Part shown: piece by piece, positions 9,239-18,949 of the stretch | Numbering within the stretch: position 1 is the stretch's first letter | Layout of the letters: each line of letters begins with the position of its first letter | Translations under genes and position numbers: made by a program | Notes under the pieces: generated by a model | What the model was told of the DNA's origin: nothing | What the model saw: the letters and a program-made list of their open reading frames with translations, nothing else | Database searches by the model: none | Assembly (NCBI GenBank): GCA_965232455.1 | Contig: OZ246981.1 | Location: forward strand, 3,963,911-4,027,910 | Source: Woeseiaceae bacterium | Lineage (GTDB): Bacteria > Pseudomonadota > Gammaproteobacteria > Steroidobacterales > Woeseiaceae | Length of the DNA stretch: 64,000 bases | Reading direction: 5' to 3'

Positions 9239-11065
9239 ATGAAAACCGCAGAACGCTGGGATAAGAACACGCTGGGCGAATTGATGAACTTCATGGCGCC
9301 CGCCCTCTGGCGCGGGAAGAGCGTTCCGCGAGTCCTCGCACAGCGTCGACGGGCCCCGGGGTGGCCACCGGACGTGTTTGCGATGTGCGCCGCAGCGTTG
9401 CATGCGACGGGGGCGCATCGAAGACTGTTCTCGGACAAAGGGGTTGGCGACCATCCCGTGGCCGATACACACAGCTGGCCGCGTCGGGCCAGAGAAATTG
9501 GCGCGTCCTGGAAGGACGCCATAAACAGCCTCAACCGTGACCAGTTGGACAAGGGGAACGGGAACCGGTCTCTTGCCTCGCAGCTCAACGCCAACCCGGC
9601 GCTGCTGAAAAACCGTTCCGGCGAGCTGGACGAGTGGTGGCGGCGATTGATCCATTTCGGCCAGACTCCGCTCGCCGACCTCTTCGACCATGAAGAGATT
9701 CCGGCGTTGTTGATGCAGATCCTCGTGGTGGCGGATGAGGCGTCGGCGGGCATAGGAATTACGCGCTTCAAGCGTAACAGGACTTTTCTGATGTTTGTCG
9801 ACAGCGCAATGGCCGGCAACCGGAATCGCAGTTGTTGCGCCGACGTCTCATTGCAAAGAGCGAGCGTGCTTCCGAAACAACATACGCCGACCAAAGGTCT
9901 GACGCTGCGATCGTTGACTCACCATCTCTCTTATGTTCCTTCGAGCGGCGTGTCGGTAGAGTGGCTGGGGCAACTGGAAAACCGGTCGGATAGTGATGAA
10001 CCGCAGACTGAGGTCAATTTGTTATTGGCCCCCTGGCCGGTGAAATTCTCACCATCCAACTTCCATAGCCTCGATTCGGGATTCGCAGGCGACTATGAAC
10101 TTTTCGGTTATTGGCCGGAGTCGGATGCAGATGACGAGAAAAACGGACGTGAATGTCAGGCGCTCACGCACTATCTCGACGAGGCGTACAGACAAGCACT
10201 TTTTCACGTAGACAAACTTCACATGCTGGTCATGCCGGAAATGTCGGTTACCCAGCGCCAATACGCTACCGTGGTCGAACCCTGGGCAATTACCAAGGGG
10301 GTTGCCGTTGTGGCTGGTGTGTGCGACCGCAAGCAGGGAAAGGACCGGATGTTGCACTACAACCGCTGCATACTGCAGACAGGCGGGCTTTCCAAGCTCA
10401 GGGACCGGTGGGGTGACCTGAGTGTTGGAGAGGCCATCCCGAAAGGAAACCCGCTCGCGGAATTTCGAGTCGAGCAATCCAAGCACCATCGGTGGTTGTT
10501 GGATCGGTCGCAGATAGTCCAGTACGGACTGAGCGGCCGCATTCCGGCGTTCATTGGCAGGAAATACTGGGAAGATATCTGCATTGACGAGAATCACATG
10601 AAAATCGTGACCGTTCTCGGCTGGCTAACCTGCGGAGCGTTGATTTGTGAAGACCTGGCCAGACAGGACAACGTGTCCGAAACCATCCGATCAATCGGAC
10701 CCAATCTCATGATCGCCATTCTGATGGACGGCCCACAGATCAGGCAGCGTTGGCCGGCCAAGTATGCGTCTGTCCTTGCGGAAGACCCGGGCTCCTCGGT
10801 GCTCACGCTGACCAGTCTTGCCATGACGCACATGAGTCGACCCGCTCCGGGCCACGTTGACCGGTCCGGAGTGGTTGCGCTCTGGCACGACGCCCAGCAT
10901 GGCGAGGTGGAAATTGAAATGACCGGGAAACAAAACGCCGCCGTCTTGAGTCTAATCCGGCACGGGGCGGAGGAACTTACAGCCGATGGTAGAAGTGACG
11001 ACGGGGTCGCATACCAACCGGTGTTCGCAGGCTACAATGGTCTCGAGGTTTCGCCAAATCAATGA
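9239..11065 (+). CDS. Large protein with C-terminal carbon-nitrogen hydrolase (nitrilase superfamily) domain
   Basis: Putative E-K-C triad context: LVMPEMS (Glu), HYNRC (Lys region) and GALICEDL (Cys). The N-terminal 300 aa show no recognisable similarity. Confidence 0.45.
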   Translation: MKTAERWDKNTLGELMNFMAPALWRGKSVPRVLAQRRRAPGWPPDVFAMCAAALHATGAHRRLFSDKGVGDHPVADTHSWPRRAREIGASWKDAINSLNRDQLDKGNGNRSLASQLNANPALLKNRSGELDEWWRRLIHFGQTPLADLFDHEEIPALLMQILVVADEASAGIGITRFKRNRTFLMFVDSAMAGNRNRSCCADVSLQRASVLPKQHTPTKGLTLRSLTHHLSYVPSSGVSVEWLGQLENRSDSDEPQTEVNLLLAPWPVKFSPSNFHSLDSGFAGDYELFGYWPESDADDEKNGRECQALTHYLDEAYRQALFHVDKLHMLVMPEMSVTQRQYATVVEPWAITKGVAVVAGVCDRKQGKDRMLHYNRCILQTGGLSKLRDRWGDLSVGEAIPKGNPLAEFRVEQSKHHRWLLDRSQIVQYGLSGRIPAFIGRKYWEDICIDENHMKIVTVLGWLTCGALICEDLARQDNVSETIRSIGPNLMIAILMDGPQIRQRWPAKYASVLAEDPGSSVLTLTSLAMTHMSRPAPGHVDRSGVVALWHDAQHGEVEIEMTGKQNAAVLSLIRHGAEELTADGRSDDGVAYQPVFAGYNGLEVSPNQ

Positions 11066-11179
11066 CATACAGGAATTTACCGTACCACCGAGTCTTGATT
11101 TCCGGCCGGCCCGACCGCACACTGGATGGTGTGGGAATCAACCCGTTACGTAACATAGCAACACGCTAGAGGACGTCCG

Positions 11180-11392
11180 ATGATTACATCAGATTTTGCA
11201 ACTCTGGTGAGCCTGGCCAGCGAGGCGAATCAGGCCAAGCCTTCGCGACGGCTGTTGGATGAACTGGCCAACAGCGTATCGGAAGAAGCCAAGGAAGTGG
11301 CGGAAGCGATTTCCCAGGGGTCCAAGGTTTCATTGAACGAAGACCAGAAGAAGTACTTCGACGCAATCGTCGAACTCGCCGCCGAAACGTAA
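11180..11392 (+). CDS. Small hypothetical protein
   Basis: 70-aa ORF with GAGGA before the ATG. No recognisable similarity. Confidence 0.25.
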   Translation: MITSDFATLVSLASEANQAKPSRRLLDELANSVSEEAKEVAEAISQGSKVSLNEDQKKYFDAIVELAAET

Positions 11393-11436
11393 CAAATCGT
11401 TCTGCGCTGTTGGATCTGTTACAGGCCTCCTCGGCG

Positions 11437-13779
11437 CTATTTTTCGCTACCGGTTGAATCTTTCGCAAGCGCCTGCGCCTCCTCCATCAATGCCGCCGAA
11501 CGCTCGGCATCGCCGGTCGCCCGCGCGTATCTTGCCTGCAGCTCGAGAATCTTCGCGCTGGGTTCCTGCTCGATGACGTACCCGAGCAGCGGTTCGACGG
11601 CCGCGGTGTTTCCCTGATCGAGATACAGATTTGCGAGTTTTACCGCGATCTCCGTTTTCTCGGAGGAGAAACCCGTCGTCTCGACGTGCTCCAGCGCCTG
11701 TTCATAAAACTGAACGGCCTGGGGTACGTTCTCCTTCAACACGGCAACGTCCCCCGCGTACTGCATCGCTTCGATCGCGGGCTCGGGAAAATCCTCGGCC
11801 AGCGCGTCCGCAAGCACGGCGTGAATGCGTGACTCGGCGTCGTCGAGCTTGTTCTCGTCCTTGTCGAGCAGCGCCAGGCGCAGTTCGACCTGTGCGGCCC
11901 TGGAGCGATCTTCGATGGAAATGAAGACGTCACGTGATTCGGCAAACGCTTCGCGGGCGGCGGACATGTTGCCGAGCCCACGTTCCGCGGCCGCGAGCTG
12001 GGCGAGACCGGTGGCGATGAACAGTGCGTCGTTGGCCTCGCGCGCGATCTCGACCGCTTCGCTGGAGGCGGCTCTCGCATCCTCGAAGCGGTCCTCCCGC
12101 TCGTAGAGAACGGACAGCATGCCGAGGATCCGCCCCTGTCCGACGCGATCACCGATGTCGCGCCGGATGGCAAGCGACTGTAAATGCAGGTCTTCCGCTT
12201 CGACAAACCGCCCCTGCAGACGGCGCAGGAAGCCGTAATTGTTCAGCATCATGGCTTCGTTGCGCTTGTCGCCGATGCCGCGGAAACTGACCAACGCATC
12301 GTCGAGGTGCTCCTCGGCTTCGTCGAGTTTCCCGTCGTTCATCGCAATGTTTGCGAGCGTCGAATAGATCTGACCGGGCAGGAGCTCCCATTCGATTTGT
12401 CGAAAGGCGAGCGTCGCGCGCGCCAGCAGGTCGCGCGCCAGGGCGAAGTCGCGACGGTCCTTCGCGAGGATGGCCATCGAAACGGACAGGCGTCCGATTT
12501 CCAGCTTGTCGTCCACGCGTTCCGCGATCTCGATGCCCTGCCGATAGGTCGCGTCCGCCAGCTCGAGCCGCCCGGTGCGGTGATAGACCGTGCCGAGCTT
12601 GGCCAGGACTTCGGCATGCAGGCTGTCGCTGTTTTGCACGTCGTCACCGTCGAGAATGCGTTTGAACGCGGCCTCGGCCTCCTCCCATTCGCCTAAACGA
12701 TACGCGCAGTCGGCACGCCCGATGCGGGCGCGCGTCACGCCCTGGTTGCGCGCCAGCACGACGTCGAACAGGGGTTTTGCCTCGGCGCAGCGGCCCTCGA
12801 GTGCAATGCTCATCGCGCGCGCGTACGCCTCGTTGATGAACGGGTCGTCGTCGATTGCGTCGATGCCTTCGGCCAGCGCCTGGCGCCGGCCGCTCAACAG
12901 CGTCGTCACGCCGCGAACCATGCCTTGAACGAGCGCGGTGCTTTGCTCCGACACCATCGTGGAGCGGTTGCGCCGCCCGTCGTTTCCCACCAGCGTGTAA
13001 TTCAGCCGCAGCCCGCCGACCGTCTGCTCCAGTTCCGAGACCAGCACGTGACTTGCTCCGTGCGAGCGGCGGAGCCGATCGATGTGCGCCTCGGCGTCGG
13101 CCGCGTCGAGGCTGCCGCTCCAGCCCATGTTCTCGACGAAGCTGACGACGTCGGCGGCGCGGACGACGTTCAGTTGGGCGGCGTCGACGAACAGGTCGTT
13201 GGCCAAACCCATCAAGCCGAACTTCGCCCAGCCGAGGTCGGCGTCATCGGTGTTGTTGACGACAGGTAACACCGCGATGCGGACGTTGCCGTCGTCCACC
13301 GGTTGGCGCCAGAGCGCCGCGATGCCGACGGCAAGCAGAACGGCCGCGGCCAGTAACAGCCGGCGCAGCCGGGAAGGCATTCTGCTCCCGGAAGCCTCCG
13401 CGGTCGATCGCGCGGCCGGTTCGGCGGCCTGCCCGGTGTCCCTCACGTCCTCCTCGAGCGGCGCGATGAACTGGTAGCCGTGCCCGTGCACGGTGCGGAT
13501 CACCGCCTGCTCGTCGGCGTCGTCGCCGACGGCCCGCCGGGCTTTCATGATGGCCCGGGTCAGCGACGTCTCGGACACGACCACGGTTTTCCAGACCGCG
13601 TCCTGGAGAGCGTCCTTGTCCACCGCCCGGTGACGCTCCTCGATCAGGAACGCCAGCAGATCGAAGACCCTGGGCTCCAGCTGAACCTGCTTGCCGCCCC
13701 GGGTGAGCCGGCGAGTGTCGAGATCGAACTCGCAGTCGCGAAATCGATAATACTTTTTTGCATCGGGCGCCACGGTCAT
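11437..13779 (-). CDS. Winged-helix (OmpR/CadC trans_reg_C) membrane-anchored transcriptional regulator with TPR repeats
   Basis: The N-terminus YRFRDCEFDLDTRRLTRGGKQVQLEPRVFDLLAFL is a trans_reg_C DNA-binding domain. A single TM segment and many TPR-like repeats follow. Confidence 0.65.
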   Translation of the reverse strand: MTVAPDAKKYYRFRDCEFDLDTRRLTRGGKQVQLEPRVFDLLAFLIEERHRAVDKDALQDAVWKTVVVSETSLTRAIMKARRAVGDDADEQAVIRTVHGHGYQFIAPLEEDVRDTGQAAEPAARSTAEASGSRMPSRLRRLLLAAAVLLAVGIAALWRQPVDDGNVRIAVLPVVNNTDDADLGWAKFGLMGLANDLFVDAAQLNVVRAADVVSFVENMGWSGSLDAADAEAHIDRLRRSHGASHVLVSELEQTVGGLRLNYTLVGNDGRRNRSTMVSEQSTALVQGMVRGVTTLLSGRRQALAEGIDAIDDDPFINEAYARAMSIALEGRCAEAKPLFDVVLARNQGVTRARIGRADCAYRLGEWEEAEAAFKRILDGDDVQNSDSLHAEVLAKLGTVYHRTGRLELADATYRQGIEIAERVDDKLEIGRLSVSMAILAKDRRDFALARDLLARATLAFRQIEWELLPGQIYSTLANIAMNDGKLDEAEEHLDDALVSFRGIGDKRNEAMMLNNYGFLRRLQGRFVEAEDLHLQSLAIRRDIGDRVGQGRILGMLSVLYEREDRFEDARAASSEAVEIAREANDALFIATGLAQLAAAERGLGNMSAAREAFAESRDVFISIEDRSRAAQVELRLALLDKDENKLDDAESRIHAVLADALAEDFPEPAIEAMQYAGDVAVLKENVPQAVQFYEQALEHVETTGFSSEKTEIAVKLANLYLDQGNTAAVEPLLGYVIEQEPSAKILELQARYARATGDAERSAALMEEAQALAKDSTGSEK

Positions 13780-13906
13780 TACATCGTCACCGTATCGTCA
13801 GACGTCCGTCACGACTCGCCGCGCGTTCTCCGCGACACTGCGCCCATGCTCAATGAGCGTAGTGATTTCAACGACTTGTAATGAGATTCGCAACGGAGGA
13901 ACCATC

Positions 13907-14668
13907 ATGAAACGTTTATTCGTCCTGGTGTACGGCATTGCGTCCTATGCCGTGTTTTTCGCCACCTTCTTATACGCGATCGGCTTCATCGGTAACCTGA
14001 TCGTACCAAAATCGATCGATTCAGTGCCCGAGGCCCCGATCGGCACGGCCCTGTTCGTGAACCTGCTGCTGCTCGGCGTGTTCGCCGTCCAGCACAGCCT
14101 GATGGCGCGGCCGTTCTTCAAGCGCTGGTGGACCCGGATCGTGCCGCCCGCCGCCGAGCGTAGCACCTACGTGCTGTTCTCGAGCCTGGCACTGATCCTG
14201 TTGTTTGCGCTCTGGGAGCCGATGGGCGGCGTAATCTGGTCGATCGAGAGCACGCCTGGCCGCTGGGCCGCGCACGGTGCGTATGCATTCGGCTGGCTGC
14301 TGGTGCTGTTCAGCACCGTCGCGATCAACCACTTCGATCTGTTCGGCCTGCGCCAGAGCTGGGCTTATTTCCGCAATCGCGAGATGGAGCCGCTCGAGTT
14401 CGTACAGCCCTGGATTTACCGTGTCGTTCGTCATCCGCTGTACGTCGGCTGGTTCTTCGTGATGTGGTCGACGCCGACGATGACCGTCGCGCATCTGGTG
14501 TTCGCCCTGGCGACGAGCATCTACATACTGATCGCGATCCAGTTCGAGGAGCACGATCTCAAGAACGCGCATCCTGAATACGCGGAGTACAAGCGGCGGG
14601 TGCCGATGCTCATCCCATCGCTGACCCGGTTCGTCAAACCCAAGCAGGTGCAGGAGGCGGCCCAATGA
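13907..14668 (+). CDS. Isoprenylcysteine carboxyl methyltransferase family membrane methyltransferase (MddA-like)
   Basis: GGAGG RBS before ATG 13907. Multi-TM protein with RHPLY and EE..L motifs typical of ICMT/PEMT-type methyltransferases. Confidence 0.55.
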   Translation: MKRLFVLVYGIASYAVFFATFLYAIGFIGNLIVPKSIDSVPEAPIGTALFVNLLLLGVFAVQHSLMARPFFKRWWTRIVPPAAERSTYVLFSSLALILLFALWEPMGGVIWSIESTPGRWAAHGAYAFGWLLVLFSTVAINHFDLFGLRQSWAYFRNREMEPLEFVQPWIYRVVRHPLYVGWFFVMWSTPTMTVAHLVFALATSIYILIAIQFEEHDLKNAHPEYAEYKRRVPMLIPSLTRFVKPKQVQEAAQ

Positions 14669-14871
14669 GCGCCGCGAGCGCGGGCGTCCCGGTGAGTCGC
14701 CGCCGCTGGCTCGGACGCCTGGGAATGGCCGGCTTTGCCTTCTTTTTCGTCAAGGGATTGCTCTGGTTGATCGCACCGTTCGTTTTTTACTGGCTCACGT
14801 AAGGAATCTGCGCGAGGCGCCCCGGCGCCGAGCGTAACACCGACACCATCAACCTGCTTAGGGAAACCATC

Positions 14872-15606
14872 ATGAAAAGTGTAATGAAAAACATCGTAAG
14901 AAATGCATTCGTCGGCTCGGTCCTGTTTACGATCACCGCCGTCGCGTTCGCCGACGACGACAGGCGCGCGTACGGACGCAGCTTCGGCGCAAGCGCCGTG
15001 ACTGTCTGGTGGGTGATCTTCAACGCGCCGGAAAACTGTTACGGCAGCCCGGACCCGGACGCGAACTGCACCAGTCTCGACGTGTTCGGCGCGGCGTTCC
15101 TGGAATCGATACAGAACGGTTCGCCGGACCCGTCGCTGATCGCTCCGAACATGGCGACCAAGCCGGCGGTGCTTTACGCGACCGGCGACGTCACCGATTA
15201 CCGTGGCCGCGTTCGCCTGGCCGCGTCGATCTACAGAGTTGCGGAAGGTACGCAGCAGTCGCTGCCACCCGGCGTCGACCCGATGGGCTTCGGCCGCGGC
15301 TACGAGAACGAAGGCGCCGAGGTGCACCTCGTGGTTCGCGATCACGGTCGGGTGAAACGTCGCGACCTGCTGCCGCAGATCACCAACTTCCTCGACCCGT
15401 ACTGCTCGGACCCGAACCTGCTGTACTTCGCCGGCAAGAATCTCTGCGCCGATACGCATTTCGCCGTATTCGGCGCCGAGGAGGCGGGTGAGGACGCCGT
15501 ATACGCCTTCGCCGACATGCGGCCGGTCCGCCGCGCCAGGGCGACGCTGTTGCGTGACGGTGACGTTATTCGCGCAGTGATCGAAACGCGGATCAGGAAG
15601 CGGTGA
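14872..15606 (+). CDS. Secreted hypothetical protein
   Basis: N-terminal signal peptide ending AFADDD. A terminator hairpin follows. Confidence 0.4.
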   Translation: MKSVMKNIVRNAFVGSVLFTITAVAFADDDRRAYGRSFGASAVTVWWVIFNAPENCYGSPDPDANCTSLDVFGAAFLESIQNGSPDPSLIAPNMATKPAVLYATGDVTDYRGRVRLAASIYRVAEGTQQSLPPGVDPMGFGRGYENEGAEVHLVVRDHGRVKRRDLLPQITNFLDPYCSDPNLLYFAGKNLCADTHFAVFGAEEAGEDAVYAFADMRPVRRARATLLRDGDVIRAVIETRIRKR

Positions 15607-15637
15607 ATCACGGTTTGACGTGCACTGTAGTAACGAG

Positions 15638-15669
15638 GCCCTTGTCGCAGAGTCGGCAAGGGTCTTTTT
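15638..15669 (+). terminator. Rho-independent terminator between convergent genes
   Basis: Stem GCCCTTG/CAAGGGT with a 12-nt loop, followed by CTTTTTC. Confidence 0.5.
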
Positions 15670-15711
15670 CGATTGGACGTCGATGAGCGATGTTTACGGT
15701 AAAGAGCCGCT

Positions 15712-17301
15712 TCACGCCTGCCCCGCAATCTTCCGTTCCTCTTCCTCGCGCAGCTCGATGCGCCGTATCTTGCCGGTCAGCGTTTTGGGCAGCGCTTCGA
15801 CGAATTCGATCCGCCGCGGATAGGCATAGGCGGAGAGGCGCCCCCGGACGTGTTCCTGGATTTCCCGCGCCAGATCGTCGCTGCCGTGCGCGCCCGCCGC
15901 GAGGACGATGAACGCTTTGACGACGTTGCCGCGACGCTCGTCCGGCGACGCGACCGCTGCGGCTTCGGCGACCGCCGGGTGCTCCAGGCAGGCGGACTCG
16001 ACCTCGAACGGTCCGATGCGATAGCCCGCCGAGATGATGACGTCGTCGGCCCGGCCCGCGTACCAGAAATACCCGTCTTCGTCCTGTGACGCCGCGTCTT
16101 TGGTGTGAAACCACTCGCCCCCGAACGTGGCGCGCGCCGCCTCCTCGTTGTTCCAGTAACCGAGCGGATAATGCGGATTGCTGCGTGCCTTTAGGCAGAT
16201 CTCGCCGCGCTCGCCCTGCGCCACGGGTTGCTCGTTTTCATCCAGTATCTGCACATCCCAGCCGGGCATCGGCTTGCCCATCGAGCCTTCGCGCACGTCC
16301 ATCCACGGGAAGTTCGCGCACAGCGGGTAACTCTCCGACAGCCCATAGTAGTCGAGCACGGTCACCCCGTACTGTTCACGAAACCAGCGAATGGCCTCCG
16401 GGTTCAGCGGCTCGCCCGCGGAACAGACGATGCGGAACTTCTGCGGATAACGCGTACCGGCGTCCTCGATTCGCATCATCGAACGCATCGCCGTCGGTGT
16501 CGTGAACACGTTGCTGACTTCGTGGCGCGACATGAACGCCAGCTGGTCGTCGGGGTTGAAGCCGCCCTTGCGTTCATACACAGCCTGAACCGCGCCCAGC
16601 CGCCAGGGCCCGAGCAGCGGCGAGATGCCGGCCGCCCACGCCCACTCGCCCATGCCGTGGAACCGCTCGCCGGGCTGTACGTCGTGACAGTAGAGGAATT
16701 CCTCGTGTGCAAGGAGGTAACGCTGCGCGTGCAGGATGCCCTTCGCGAGCCCCGTGGTGCCCGACGTGTAATAGATCTGCGCCGGGTCGTCCGCGAGCGT
16801 GTCGCGCGGCGTGAACTCGGCCGACGCGCCGTCGAGCAGCTCACGCGTCAGGACGACAATCGCCTTCACGGGCAGATCCATCGCGCGGACGCGCTCCGCG
16901 TGCTCTGCGTTGGTGACGATGACCTTTGCTCCGCTGTTCTCGATCCGGTAGCGGATGCCGTCGTCGCCGTACAGCACCGACATCGACAGCAGGATTGCGC
17001 CCGTGGCGTAACACGCGAGGAACGCCGATGCCGTTTCCGGCCGCGGAGTCAGCAGCATCGCGACACGGTCGCCCGCCTCGACGCCGTTCTCCGCTAGCAC
17101 GTTGGCCATGCGCCGGGCGTCGTCCTGAAGCTCGCCCCAGCTTACGTCCCGCCGTTCACCCGAATGACTCTCGAACACCATTGCGAGTCGATCCGCTGGG
17201 TGCTTGAACCCGACGTCCTGCGCGATGTTGTATCGTTCCGGAACCTGCCAGCGGTGGGACGCACACACCTCGTCATACGAACGCGTTTTTGATTCGCTCA
17301 T
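15712..17301 (-). CDS. Acyl-CoA synthetase (AMP-binding enzyme family)
   Basis: YTSGTTGLAKG AMP-binding motif and overall acyl/acetyl-CoA synthetase architecture. The start was chosen at MSESKTR (GGGGG RBS) rather than the longer ORF. Confidence 0.8.
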   Translation of the reverse strand: MSESKTRSYDEVCASHRWQVPERYNIAQDVGFKHPADRLAMVFESHSGERRDVSWGELQDDARRMANVLAENGVEAGDRVAMLLTPRPETASAFLACYATGAILLSMSVLYGDDGIRYRIENSGAKVIVTNAEHAERVRAMDLPVKAIVVLTRELLDGASAEFTPRDTLADDPAQIYYTSGTTGLAKGILHAQRYLLAHEEFLYCHDVQPGERFHGMGEWAWAAGISPLLGPWRLGAVQAVYERKGGFNPDDQLAFMSRHEVSNVFTTPTAMRSMMRIEDAGTRYPQKFRIVCSAGEPLNPEAIRWFREQYGVTVLDYYGLSESYPLCANFPWMDVREGSMGKPMPGWDVQILDENEQPVAQGERGEICLKARSNPHYPLGYWNNEEAARATFGGEWFHTKDAASQDEDGYFWYAGRADDVIISAGYRIGPFEVESACLEHPAVAEAAAVASPDERRGNVVKAFIVLAAGAHGSDDLAREIQEHVRGRLSAYAYPRRIEFVEALPKTLTGKIRRIELREEEERKIAGQA

Positions 17302-17521
17302 CGGTACCCCCGGTGAGATGCCCTTGATCGCGGAAACGTTCGGCGCTCGCCGGCGGATGCGGCGTTCGCCGTAATGACGGCCCGCGGATCCATTTAGCCC
17401 ATTGTGCGACGGCAATTACAAGAGGTTCCGTCGCGGCGCTCGCGGCCGATGCGCAGTGCGAGTCGGATAAAACGCGTTTTGGGTAGAATGTCAGCCCGAA
17501 CGACGACGAGCGAGGCGCAAT

Positions 17522-18829
17522 ATGAGCCGTAGAGTCATCGTCCTGGGCGCTTGGGCAGGCCTCATTGCCTCGGCCGGTGCGCCCGGTCAGGAAACGATTC
17601 ACGCAAGCCCGGAGCGCATGCAGGCGAGGATCGAGTCGCTGTCGCGATTTGGCGCGACGCCCGAAGGCGGAGTCAGTCGTGTTGCCTACAGCGACGCGGA
17701 CGTCGAGGGCCGGGCGTGGCTCACGGAGCGGATGCATGACCTCGGTCTCGAGGTCCGCGTCGATACCGCCGGCAACGTCATTGGCCGCAGAGCCGGCCGC
17801 GACGACGGGCTGCCGCCCATCCTGTTCGGATCGCACATAGACTCGGTTCCCGGCGGCGGCAACTACGACGGCAACGTCGGCGTCGTCGCCGCGCTCGAGG
17901 TCATCGAAATCCTGAACGAGCACGACGTCGAGACCCGCCACCCGCTCGAGGTCGTCAGCTTCACCGATGAGGAAGGCGGCCTCGTCGGCAGCCGGGCGAT
18001 GATCGGCAAGCTGACGGAGGAAGCGATGCAGGTCGTATCGCACAGCGGCATGACCGTGCGCGACGGCATCCGGCGCGTCGGTGGCGACCCCGATCGTCTC
18101 GACCTCACGGCCAGAAAGCCGGGCGAACTCGCCGCCTTCATCGAACTGCACATCGAGCAGGGCGCGATCCTCTATGAAGACAGCATCGACATCGGTGTCG
18201 TCGAAGGAATCGTCGGGATACGCTGGTGGGACGTCACGGTGGAGGGCATGGCCAATCATGCGGGCACGACGCCCATGAACCGGCGCAACGACGCGATGGT
18301 CGCCGCGGCGGAGCTGACGCTGGCGATCAACCGCGTGGCCACCGAGCTCGAAGGCCGGCAGGTCGCGACCGTCGGTCGCATCCAGGCGTCGCCCGGCGCG
18401 CCGAACGTGATCCCGGGCAGAGTCACGATGAGTCTCGAAATCCGCGACCTCGACGCCGGGAAGATGCAACGGGTATTCGACCTGATCGAGGCCGAGGCCG
18501 ACGGCATCGCGGCGGCGAGAGGCGCCGCGATCCGATTCGAGGAGCTGGACGTAGCGTCCCCGCCGGCGCCGACGGACCCGCGAATTCGCGACGTCATCGC
18601 GCAGGCCGCGGACGAACTCGGGCTTTCGTACCGCCGCATGCCGTCCGGTGCGGGTCACGACGCCCAGGATCTCGCGCTCATCGCGCCAACCGGCATGATC
18701 TTCGTGCCCAGCGTCGACGGCATCAGTCATTCGCCACGCGAATTCACGTCGGCCCAGGATATGGCGAACGGGGCGAGCGTGTTACTTCGCACCGTGCTCG
18801 CAATCGACGGCGGTGCCCCTCTTCGATAG
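17522..18829 (+). CDS. M20-family Zn-dependent amidohydrolase (allantoate amidohydrolase/N-carbamoyl-L-amino acid hydrolase type), secreted
   Basis: Signal peptide. HIDSV...GNYDG..DEEGG metal-ligand pattern of AmaB/AllC-like hydrolases. Confidence 0.7.
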   Translation: MSRRVIVLGAWAGLIASAGAPGQETIHASPERMQARIESLSRFGATPEGGVSRVAYSDADVEGRAWLTERMHDLGLEVRVDTAGNVIGRRAGRDDGLPPILFGSHIDSVPGGGNYDGNVGVVAALEVIEILNEHDVETRHPLEVVSFTDEEGGLVGSRAMIGKLTEEAMQVVSHSGMTVRDGIRRVGGDPDRLDLTARKPGELAAFIELHIEQGAILYEDSIDIGVVEGIVGIRWWDVTVEGMANHAGTTPMNRRNDAMVAAAELTLAINRVATELEGRQVATVGRIQASPGAPNVIPGRVTMSLEIRDLDAGKMQRVFDLIEAEADGIAAARGAAIRFEELDVASPPAPTDPRIRDVIAQAADELGLSYRRMPSGAGHDAQDLALIAPTGMIFVPSVDGISHSPREFTSAQDMANGASVLLRTVLAIDGGAPLR

Positions 18830-18949
18830 ATTCGTCTACACTACCTCCGGCTGCGTCGCGGTGCTTTTTCGTTTTGTGTCTTCTGACGAACGCATTCGGT
18901 ACGCCGCGATTCCGGGGGCGTATCGGATCGTTTGCAGACGAGGCGTGAC

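Noticed and set aside
14521-15459. 312-aa minus ORF
   Set aside because: Antisense to the methyltransferase and secreted-protein genes. Arg/Ala-rich composition typical of GC-artefact ORFs.
17273-18730. 485-aa minus ORF
   Set aside because: Antisense across the M20 hydrolase gene. It has no motifs and is Arg/Asp/Gly-rich.
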